64,000 bases of DNA from Macrostomum hystrix (lineage: Eukaryota > Animalia > Platyhelminthes), in NCBI GenBank assembly GCA_950097015.1, contig CATNEN010000026.1, forward strand, positions 806,001 through 870,000, written 5' to 3'. Below, piece after piece: positions 1 to 9,868 of this stretch. Position 1 is the first letter of the stretch. Every line of letters starts with the position of its first letter. A model generated the notes under the pieces. The model saw nothing but the letters and a program-made list of their open reading frames with translations. It did not search any database and was not told the origin of the DNA. The translations under genes and the position numbers were made by a program.

Positions 1-143
1 ACCAGGATCCCAAGGGACAGGGATCCCTTGTCCGGCCAGGCAAAGAGACAGAAACGAATTACCTGAGACAATGTGGCATCGCGGCGTGACCAGTTGCGCA
101 CATCTGATGAAGTCACCGGACCGGCGTCGAGGCAGTCCATCAC

Positions 144-3002
144 TTAAACGACTTCCGGTGGCACTGGAACGTCCTTGGGCCCGCTTGATTCAGGAAGGCG
201 GCTCAGGGCGTCCGCCCGGAGCATAAAGATCCCGCTGCGATGTACTAGAAGGTAGCGATAGGCTGTCAGGAGCAGCGCCCATCGTTGAACTCGGCCGCAC
301 ACCAACGTTGGAAGCGACCGTTCCTGCCCAAGGAGGCCTGGCCGCCGATGGTCCGTCAGCAGGGTGAACTCTCGGCCAAACAGATACTGGTGGAATTTTC
401 TGACGCTAAAGACCAGCGCGAGTGCCTCCTTCTCCATCTGGCAGTAGTTCTTCTCAGCGGCACTGAGACTGCGCGAAGCGTACGCGATCGGTTTGTCCAT
501 GCCGTCCTGACGATGGAAGATGACAGCGCCCAGGCCGTACTGCGAGGCGTCGACTCCAGGTAGAGGTCCTCTGCCGCATTGTAGTGCACCAGGACACTTG
601 GATGCGTGAGTAGCTGCTTTGCTGCGGCGAACGCTTCGGCCTCACCGCGGTCCCACCGCCACTTCGAGTTTTCTCCAGCAGCCGGTGTAGCGGTGCCAGC
701 GATGATTTACCGCTATGACACTGGCCATGATTTTACCAAAGAAGCCCCTGAGCTAAGTCGTGTTCGTCGGTGCTGGTGCATCTAGCACGGCTTGGACTTT
801 GTCGTCCAGTGGGTGCAGTCCCTCTGCGTCAATACGGTGACCCAGCACGTGACCTCGTCCTGGAAGAATCTGCACTTCTCGAGCTAGCAGGTCAGGCCGG
901 ATTCCTTGAAGACCCTCAGGATCTCTCTGAGATTGTGCAGATGGCTCGCGTCGTCCTCTCTTGTGATGATGACATCATCGATGAAGGATGCTGTGTGCGG
1001 AATTCCACGCAGCAGGTTGTCCATAACTCGTTGGAAAAGGCTTGGAGCAATCGACACCCCAAAAGGCAGTCGGGTGTAGCGCAGGAGTCCGAGAGAAGTG
1101 TTGATTGTACAGACCTCCTGGGCTTCCTCTTCTAGCGGAAGCTGCATAAATGCGATTGGTCAGTTCCAGCTTAGAGAACTTTTGCCCGCCAGTCAGCCGG
1201 GCGAACAGTTCGTCGATGTTTGGCAGGGGGTACGCCTCCGGCCGAATCGCTGTGTTGACTTCCTGCTTGAAATCTGCACAGACGCGGACGCTGCCGTCCG
1301 ATTTCATCACCGGTACGATCGGTGACGCCCAGTCGGAGTTCTTGACAGGCATCAGCACTCCTTGGTCAATTTCCTTCTGCAGCTGCTGTTCGACTTTTTC
1401 ACGCAGCGCGAAGGGAACAGGCCGCGCCTTGAAGAACTTCGGTCTGGCGGTCTCCTTGAGACTGATAGACACTGTCTTGCCGTTGAACTTTCCCAGGCCT
1501 CGGAAGTCATCTGAGAACTCCTTGATGAGCTTCTCAGCTGGGTCACCGATACGCTTGACCGACTGCCAGTCCAGGCGCAGCTGAGCCAGCCAATCCCGAC
1601 CGAGAAGGCTCGGACCGTCGCCGGCGACAACGAGCAGCCGCAGTTGCGCTTCATCAGAGTCGGTGGACACTCGCACACGGACGGACAGCTGGCCGAGCAC
1701 GCGCACGGTCTGACCGGTGTAGGTGCTGAGCTGAATCGTTGACCGGGAACCAGTCCGTCCAGGTTCGCTTTGAATGTGCGCTCAGACAACAGTGTAGTAA
1801 CACACTAAAAGTGGGGAACGAACCTCGCGCTGGCAGACCGAGACCGGTTTCTGGCTTGTTTGCCTTCGTCAGTCAGCCATAGCCACACGCCGTCCTCTCC
1901 CACCACTCTTAGTGTGCACAGAAGTCTCTTTTTAAGCTTGCCATTTTTATGGCGATATTTTTTAGTGTTATGTGAGAGTTTTGCAGCCAAGTCTTTGCTT
2001 TTCTACTGTTGTCAGTAGTCTGAATTGTATCTCTCACAAAAAGCGATACAGATGCACACCTGTGTCCACCTCCATCTCGTGCTGCCACCCTTCGATGAAA
2101 ACCGATGTCCTGATCGGCGGAAAACTTGACTGAGGCCGATCCGATCCCAGGTGATAGAACGGATACGACACCTCATCTGGACTCGCACTCGTGGTCACCT
2201 AGCTGCTCCACAAGCTGGTGTGTCTTCTGCTGCCGCAGTGCATCTGTCTTACAGGCCTTCGCTGTGCGTCCGGTCTTGCTGCACTTAAAGCTGCAGCGCT
2301 TGTCCACGAAGGGGCACTTGCTGGCCAGGTGACGGGTTGAGAGACAGCGGAAGCAGCGCCGACGACTTTCGGCTCCCAGCTGTCTGCTGTCTTCCTCTGG
2401 TCGCTGCCGCTCCATCCGTAGCACAGCGTCGCTCTCCGTCAATGGCGTCGGTGTTGCCGCGTTCGCTGATCCCAGTGACCGGCAGTTGATGGCTGCCGAT
2501 TCGCCCACCTGAGCGATCTTCTAGTTGCTGTGTCGAGGGTGAGGGTCGGCTCCATCAGCAGCCGGCGTTCGATTTGCTATCCATCCAGTTGATCCGCGAT
2601 GCCGCACACCAGTCTGTCACGCAGCATGTCCGACAAGCTGCTGCCAAAGTTGCAGAACTCGGCCAGCTTCAGCAGCTCCGCCAGAAACTCTGCCAGTCTC
2701 TCCAGCACGCTGGGAAAGTGGAACCTCTGGACGATCTCACTTTGTCTCGGGTTGAAATGACCGCTCCGCAGCGAACAGATGTCGTCGTACGATTTGCCAG
2801 CAACTTTGGCTGGAGAGCACAGGCTTCTAGCCAATTGAAATGTCTTTCTTCCACAGACACTCAGCAGGGTTGCTCTCTTCTTGCCCTCGTCAGTGATGTC
2901 CTGGGCGAGAAAAGGCTGCTCCAGGCGCTCCTGGTATTCATCCCAGGTTTCGAAGGAGTCTTCAAATTCTCCGATTCCGTGGGCCGGCATGGCTGGGCCC
3001 AA
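144..3002 (-). mobile_element. Degenerate Ty3/Gypsy LTR retrotransposon (gag-protease-RT-RNase H; integrase presumably left of the window)
   Basis: Gag-like N-terminus (2577-3002) and CCHC-type knuckles (CFRCLSTRHLASKC, 2173-2508). Aspartic protease motif MEVDTG(ASVSL) at ~2040-2080, with a 2-nt frameshift. RT segments WASPIVPVMKSDGSVRVCADF and YPLPNIDELF (975-1706), then RLPFGVSIAPSLFQRVM..FIDD (884-1147). RNase H segment PIAYASRSLSAAEKNYCQMEKEALALVF..FTLLTDH (144-500). Domains are split across frames, so this is a decayed copy. No LTR pair or PBS identified. Confidence 0.93.
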
Positions 3003-3656
3003 GTCTCGGGTTGGATTGTCATGATAATGAGCGTACGTGTGTTTGCATTACACTACTCATGCTGTACGTATATCAGCAAGTAAGAGAAAGTAAACTCATA
3101 CATTGAGGCGATGAGCGTTGCCATGAGACGAATTGTAGTTTTTTGATGTGCCAAAAAAGACACTTCTTATCTAAAATCTGTATCGTTGCCCTGCAGAAGT
3201 ATATATAATATAGCTTTTCTTTATATTTTTTACAACATTTGCAGTTTATTATAACTGCACAACTTATAAATCGTATTCAACTTTTCTCGTAGCTCATACA
3301 CGACGTTCATAACTAAAAAATGTAACCAGTCTTTAACTCAAAAGCAAATAAAACTTAACATACAATATGTATTGACGCATCTTATGTAAAATAAGTGCAT
3401 TTATGATTTATGAAGCTGCGATGGTGTACCGTACTAGACGTTACGGAATGTTTATGGAGGAAAAGAGAAAAAATGAAACGAGCGTACTTGACATGTTTTT
3501 AAGGCCTTAAAATGTGAACTCGAAATACAAATATCTTACTAGTGTAGCTGCAAGCCTCTCTAAAGAAATTATATAGAAGCATATGCCAAAAAACTATTTT
3601 ACATATAACTAACACAAAACCAGCATTAGCTTTATGCACAGCGACTGAGATGCGTC

Positions 3657-5759
3657 TCACTTCTTTATGTGAGCGAGCATATTCTGCGAGTAGGATTCGT
3701 AAATGCAGTCGTCAAGCGTCTTATTTTCGTCCAGGTTCACCTGCAATTTATTCAGACCCTCGTAGTACGCGGGGAATACCGTGCTGTAGCGTGCGTCAAT
3801 CTCCATGTGCTTGTATTCATAGACATGCTTCCTCTCTTCGTCTTGCTTCTTGGTTGTATCAGAGGCCACCTGTTCGGCGCTCTCATCGCTTGCGCTAATC
3901 TCCACCATATCGTCATAGTTGCGTACAAAAATGGTGATGCCACCAGAGGCTCCGACCGAGCTGGCGCCTGACATGGCCTCGCTAGTAGCCGCGCCATCAA
4001 CCTTCATGCTGACCCTGCGACGTTTAGACAGCAGGAATGCGGCCATTTCATCGGTCGTCCTGGGCAAGGTCACGCTGTCTACATGGGAGCTGATTTTAAA
4101 GAAGGATACGGTAAACATACACAACAGCTGAGGAACCTCATAACGGTTCACCAGCGTAATAGTAGCTTTCTTCAATAGTCGAAGTACAGTCTTGGGCATG
4201 AGATTCGGCACACAGTTGATAACACTAGTCAGGCCAAAGTAGGTATCATAGTAGGAGTAGCGAAAGAATGGTTCTATAAGCTCGGAGTCGACCAGAATGT
4301 CAACAATTGCATCGCAAACACTTTGTAGAGTCTCCTCAGAAAGGTTCTTTTTTAGGCAGTTCTGCAGCAGGCCAACCAGCAAGCTCAGGCAGTTAAACGT
4401 GTCGAATCTATAGAACCAGGCCCGCTCCTCTTCAGTAATGCTGTCCGTGACAGCGGAGGCAGAATGACTGGACCACTGCTTGTGGCGTAAGTACATACCG
4501 TCCGAATTAAGGTTAATAAAGTAGTTGATTTGGAAGATAAGTGGATCAATGTACACCTTGTGCAAACCTGTGGTGTCCGTTTCACACGAGTTCTTCACCG
4601 TCTGGCTGATGGCGAAGAAGTCGTGCTGCTTAAAGCAAAGAATCGCTCGAATTATTTGAGGCAGCGCATACAGGTGAATGCCATCAATGTAGTACTGAAA
4701 GGAGAGCAAGCGTCTCACGTAGGACATAATGTTAGGCACAACTGGCCTCACTGGATTCTTCGGCTTGCCTTCTTTGTCGGAGAACACCGTGGCGTACTCA
4801 TCTGGAACGGGCACGTCTTTGTTCTTCAGCACCTTCCGCCCGGCGTAGTTGCCCAGCTTCGTCGGATTGTTAAAATTGTGGCGGGTCAGTTCTTTAAGCT
4901 CGAAAGATTCCATCATGACTTTACCGATCTCTTTCATAAACATCATGTGAAAATTATATGACTTGTGAACAACATGCTGCAGGCGGTACATTTTGTCAAT
5001 TAGTTTCGCGACATTCATTGATGGCTTGCGCTCCAAGACGTAGCGTAAAATGTCCACCCAGTCAGTGAATGGCACACTGAACTGGTAATACTTGCGTCTG
5101 CAAGTGAACATGCTAGAATCAGACGGATTCCACCCCGTCATAGCCAGAAAGTGTAGGCCTTCGTAATACTCACGCTTTATGCATAGGAAGTCGTAATTGA
5201 ATCTTGCCAAATCGTAATTGCTATCATACACGAAGGACGCGTACTGTGGCAAAACGGCGCTCACAAGGTAGTTCTTACCAGACTTGGCCGAAGCCAGCTT
5301 GTAACAGCCGATCTCAGCTTTCAGGTACAGAGCGACACCGAATGCGTTTAGGTAAAGCATCGTACTGGACTTAAACAGAGGTTTATCCATGCTGGCGGAG
5401 CTGCCCAGGTAGTAAGTGGGTCGGTCGAGCACCTGGTAATACTTGGTGTTGTCGAATAGTGGCATTGTACGCAGCGAAGTTAAGTTTTTCTGCAAGCGCC
5501 ACTCAGATTTGTCTTTAAGTAGGTTAATCAGCCACAACGTGTTCGGATGGTCGATGCCAAAAAAGCCCTCCGGGCAACAGACCAGATCGCGCAGCGACTG
5601 ACTGACGTCGGCCGATAGAAACTGATCAGGCCGGGGCATGTCGTAATAGATTGGCGGCTGCATTGTCTCCAGACGCTCTACCGCTTCAGAGATGTCTACA
5701 TCCGCTTGAACCTTCATTAGCCTCTTGAGCTCCTTTCCGTGCTTGCTATTCATCGACAT
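3657..5759 (-). CDS. Intronless 700-aa ORF of unknown function
   Basis: Uninterrupted ATG-to-stop frame of 2103 nt with complex, non-repetitive, Tyr/Phe-rich sequence and a basic patch (SKRRRVS) in the C-terminal fifth. No family motif recognised. An open frame this long in non-repetitive DNA is very unlikely by chance. Confidence 0.8.
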   Translation of the reverse strand: MSMNSKHGKELKRLMKVQADVDISEAVERLETMQPPIYYDMPRPDQFLSADVSQSLRDLVCCPEGFFGIDHPNTLWLINLLKDKSEWRLQKNLTSLRTMPLFDNTKYYQVLDRPTYYLGSSASMDKPLFKSSTMLYLNAFGVALYLKAEIGCYKLASAKSGKNYLVSAVLPQYASFVYDSNYDLARFNYDFLCIKREYYEGLHFLAMTGWNPSDSSMFTCRRKYYQFSVPFTDWVDILRYVLERKPSMNVAKLIDKMYRLQHVVHKSYNFHMMFMKEIGKVMMESFELKELTRHNFNNPTKLGNYAGRKVLKNKDVPVPDEYATVFSDKEGKPKNPVRPVVPNIMSYVRRLLSFQYYIDGIHLYALPQIIRAILCFKQHDFFAISQTVKNSCETDTTGLHKVYIDPLIFQINYFINLNSDGMYLRHKQWSSHSASAVTDSITEEERAWFYRFDTFNCLSLLVGLLQNCLKKNLSEETLQSVCDAIVDILVDSELIEPFFRYSYYDTYFGLTSVINCVPNLMPKTVLRLLKKATITLVNRYEVPQLLCMFTVSFFKISSHVDSVTLPRTTDEMAAFLLSKRRRVSMKVDGAATSEAMSGASSVGASGGITIFVRNYDDMVEISASDESAEQVASDTTKKQDEERKHVYEYKHMEIDARYSTVFPAYYEGLNKLQVNLDENKTLDDCIYESYSQNMLAHIKK

Positions 5760-5894
5760 GGCACGATTCCTACTTTAGTCCCCTACGAAATTCCTACGAA
5801 ATTTAAAGTTGGAAGTTTAGATCAACTCTGATCAACGAACTAAGAATGCAGATTGAGCTGCCCTTGCCAGCGCACACGAATGTATAATTCTTGA

Positions 5895-5975
5895 ACGCTT
5901 ACGAGTGCGTCAATGGGAAAAGCACGAGTACGCGAAGCGCACGAGTGCTTTGGCCATAGACGCACGAGTAAGCGT
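5895..5975 (+). other. 81-bp imperfect palindrome/hairpin with GCGAAGC cap and two tandem G-A mismatch motifs
   Basis: Base-by-base symmetry about position 5935. The loop is GAA (5934-5936) within GCGAAGC (5932-5938). ACGAGT occurs at 5901, 5924, 5941 and 5964, placed symmetrically. Confidence 0.9.
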
Positions 5976-7030
5976 GCATGAATTTTATTCTTATTAGAGC
6001 CATTCTCCCCCTTCACTGCTTATTTTTGGAGAGTATTCCATCTATTCGACAGCGGCTGCTAGCGGGGGTGCCCAGGGCAGAGCCCCCACATTCTAACCAT
6101 AGACAAAATTCATATTAAAAATAAAGTGTGGAGGGAGGAAAGAGAGGGGGTTAAAAATAAATCGATTTTGTGCTTTTTTATTTCACGCCGACATATAAGA
6201 TTGGAGGAATCTAGCACGCTGACAAGTGCGTCAATGGCTGACACAGTTTTTGCCATAGACACTTTAAGGAGCGAAGCGATCAGTTCGATTTAGAATATAT
6301 GGCGAAAATGTACTTACAAGTTTTGTTTGTTATTCGACAGCATAAAGCAATTGGAAAAGTGCTTTTCTGATATTCTGATGCTGATGCACTTTTGGCCGTG
6401 TGGTGGCCACCCAGTCCACGGACTGTGAAAAGCTGTACTTTTTAACATATACGCCTCTGTTCTTTTTTTTATTTTAAATCTTTCGTAAAAATGCTAGCGA
6501 AAAAGTAAACAAAAACATACGAGCGTATTCGATAGTAACATTAATCCAGTTTTATTGATATAGAAATAATCTCTAGATAGAAGCTTAGCTTACTACTATA
6601 ATATCAAAAGCAGGTCTTTAGAGTCATGGGAATTTTTAAGCTTTTAATTAAGCGAGACAACGGCAAGTAAAAATGTTTCTTTTAGAGCTAAAATTCAATG
6701 CAAGTTTATCATGCACAGTGAAAATTCTGATCAAATTCTGAGCACGATAGGACATCCTACAAAGACAGATATTTTTCCACAACGACATGTACATATAGCC
6801 CCCAAAAAGACTCATAAACAGCTACTACAAAGACCTTCCATAGAGACCTATAAACCAAAGCCAATACTGCCAGGATTTTGCTTAAACCGGAAAAAATGCC
6901 AACGTCTAATATAATTGCAACTACGAGCTAGAGTTTCTGAATGCAGAAAGCGAAAAAAGTCGCATTAAAAATTGCATTAAGTGAATCGAATCACTAAACT
7001 AAACTCTGTTATGCACAGGACAGAAGCGAT

Positions 7031-7582
7031 TCACAAGTCGAGACCTTCTGCTTCAATGGCGGTCAACCAGCCGAGCAGCAGTTCCATCGGCGTGATGTCC
7101 TCCTGGGAGCGAAGTCCGCGCAGTCGATTCGTGACCTTGTTGGAGATGTTGCGCAGGCGCAGGGAGGCGTGCACCAGGCAGGCAAGTGTCGGCAGCAGAA
7201 CAGCCAGCAGGAAGATGGCAGTGGCCCGGAGGCAATACACCAGCGCCACGGTGGCGGCGGCGGCTAGGGCGACTGACAGCGCGGGTCGCCGGGTAAACGC
7301 GTTGCGAAATTCGGCCCGACGCTGTTCGGTGCCGGCAGTCAGCCAGACAGTAGCGCCGGCAACGATGGCGACAACGCCAGAGCCGCAGACGACACTGGCT
7401 GGATCAACTAACAGAAAGGCTAGTAGGCTCAGACAGAAAATGACGAGATAGTTTGACTGATAATACAGTAGATTGTGCTGGACACGATTACACCAGCGCT
7501 CCTGGTGCTGAACATCCGGCAGCTGGAAACGCGACGATTTTCCAGCGAACTCGTCTAGAGAGCGCAGCTTGGCTAGGCGCAT
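7031..7582 (-). CDS. ARL6IP5: PRA1-family (prenylated Rab acceptor) membrane protein, ARL6IP5/PRAF2-like, 183 aa, intronless
   Basis: LRSLDEF...RFQLPD...RWCNRVQHNLLYYQSNY matches the PRAF N-terminal signature (PLRAWDDF..RF..PD...WNNRVVSNLLYYQTNY), followed by two long hydrophobic hairpin segments. Orthology between ARL6IP5 and PRAF2 is not resolved. Confidence 0.85.
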   Translation of the reverse strand: MRLAKLRSLDEFAGKSSRFQLPDVQHQERWCNRVQHNLLYYQSNYLVIFCLSLLAFLLVDPASVVCGSGVVAIVAGATVWLTAGTEQRRAEFRNAFTRRPALSVALAAAATVALVYCLRATAIFLLAVLLPTLACLVHASLRLRNISNKVTNRLRGLRSQEDITPMELLLGWLTAIEAEGLDL

Positions 7583-7660
7583 GGTGTATTTGCTTGGTTG
7601 GTGCTGATAAGCTGCAGTGCACAGCAGACCGCAGATATATAAGCAAACAGCTGTGCTGAA

Positions 7661-9663
7661 TTCTCACATGGAATATAGCTACATTCCCACCTGGACTAGA
7701 GCTACATTCCCACCTGGATTATAGCTACATTCCCACCTGGACTAGAGCTACATTCCCACCTGGACTAGAGCTACATTCCCACCTGGATTATAGCTACATT
7801 CCCACCTGGACTAGAGCTACATTCCCACCTGGACTAGAGCTACATTCCCACCTGGACTAGAGCTACATTCCCACCTGGACTAGAGCTACATTCCCACCTG
7901 GACTAGAGCTACATTCCCACCTGGACTAGAGCTACATTCCCACATGGACTAGAGCTACATTCCCACCTGGACTAGAGCTACATTCCCACCTGGACTAGAG
8001 CTACATTCCCACCTGGACTAGAGCTACATTCCCACCTGGACTAGAGCTACATTCCCACATGGACTAGAGCTACATTCCCACCTGGACTAGAGCTACATTC
8101 CCACCTGGACTAGAGCTACATTCCCACCTGGACTAGAGCTACATTCCCACCTGGATTATAGCTACATTCCCACCTGGATTATAGCTACATTCCCACCTGG
8201 ATTTGAGCTACATTCCCACCTGGATTTGAGCTACATTCCCACCTGGATTAGAGCTACATTCCCACCTGGACTATAGCTACATTCCCACCTGGACTAGAGC
8301 TACATTCCCACCTGGACTAGAGCTACATTCCCACCTGGACTAGAGCTACATTCCCACCTGGATTATAGCTACATTCCCACCTGGATTTGAGCTACATTCC
8401 CACCTGGATTATAGCTACATTCCCACCTGGATTATAGCTACATTCCCACATGGACTAGAGCTACATTCCCACATGGACTAGAGCTACATTCCCACATGGA
8501 CTAGAGCTACATTCCCACCTGGACTAGAGCTACATTCCCACCTGGATTAGAGCTACATTCCCACATGGACTAGAGCTACATTCCCACCTGGACTAGGGCT
8601 ACATTCCCACCTGGATTATAGCTACATTCCCACCTGGATTAGAGCTACATTCCCACCTGGATTTGAGCTACATTCCCACCAGGATTATAGCTACATTCAC
8701 ACCTAGATTAGTGCTAAATTCCCACCTGGACTAGAGCTACATTCCCACCTGGATTAGAGCTACATTCCCACCTAGACTAGAGCTACATTCCCACATGGAC
8801 TAGAGCTACATTCCCACATGGACTAGAGCTACATTCCCACCTGGACTAGAGTTACATTCCCACCTGGATTAGAGCTACATTCCCACATGGATTTGAGCTA
8901 CATTCTCACATGGACTAGAGCTACATTCCCACCTGGATTATAGCTACATTCCCACCTGGATTATAGCTACATTCCCACCTGGATTATAGCTACATTCCCA
9001 CCTAGATTAGAGCTACATTCCCACATGGACTAGAGCTACATTCCCACCTGGATTTGAGCTACATTCCCACCTGGATTATAGCTACATTCCCACATGGACT
9101 AGAGCTACATTCCCACATGGACTAGAGCTACATTCCCACATGGACTAGAGCTACATTCACACCTGGATTATAGCTACATTCCCACCTGGACTAGAGCTAC
9201 ATTCTCACCTGGACTAGGGCTACATTCCCACCTGGATTATAGCTACATTCCCACCTGGATTATAGCTACATTCCCACCTAGATTAGAGCTACATTCCCAC
9301 AAGGACTAGAGCTACATTCCCACCTGGACTAGAGCTACATTCCCACCTGGATTATAGCTACATTCCCACAAGGACTAGAGCTACATTCCCACCTGGATTA
9401 TAGCTACATTCCCACCTGGACTAGAGCTACATTCCCACATGGACTAGAGCTACATTCCCACATGGACTAGAGTTACATTCCCACATGGACTAGAGCTACA
9501 TTCCCACATGGACTAGAGCTACATTCACACCTGGATTATAGCTACATTCCCACCTGGATTAGAGCTACATTCACACCTAGATTAGTGCTAAATTCTCACC
9601 TGGACTAGGGCTACATTCCCACCTGGACTAGAGCTACATTCCCACCTGGAATAAAGCTACATT
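7661..9663. repeat. 23-bp minisatellite (GCTACATTCCCACCTGGACTAGA)n, roughly 85 units
   Basis: Read directly from the sequence; variants include ..GGATTATA, ..GGATTTGA and ..CACATGG. Confidence 0.97.
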
Positions 9664-9868
9664 TATATGAAAAAATGAAAAAAAACTACTTGCTAGCGAC
9701 GCAAAGTATAAGCAAAATGACAACGTTTTCGGCTTTTTATGGTGGGTAATAAGCAAAGTAGATAAGGGTGTTTCGAAGATGTATTCAAATGCGTTATTAA
9801 GAATAAGAAGCCAAATTTTCTGGATCATTTGGAACTGTATAACACCAATGCTAAGAGACAATGGGGGG

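Noticed and set aside
3003-3656. 5' LTR / primer-binding site of the Gypsy element
   Set aside because: No TG..CA boundary or tRNA-complementary PBS is recognisable, and the partner LTR is outside the window.
7661-9663. 23-bp array as a CRISPR array or coding repeat
   Set aside because: No spacers and no open frame; it is an ordinary minisatellite.
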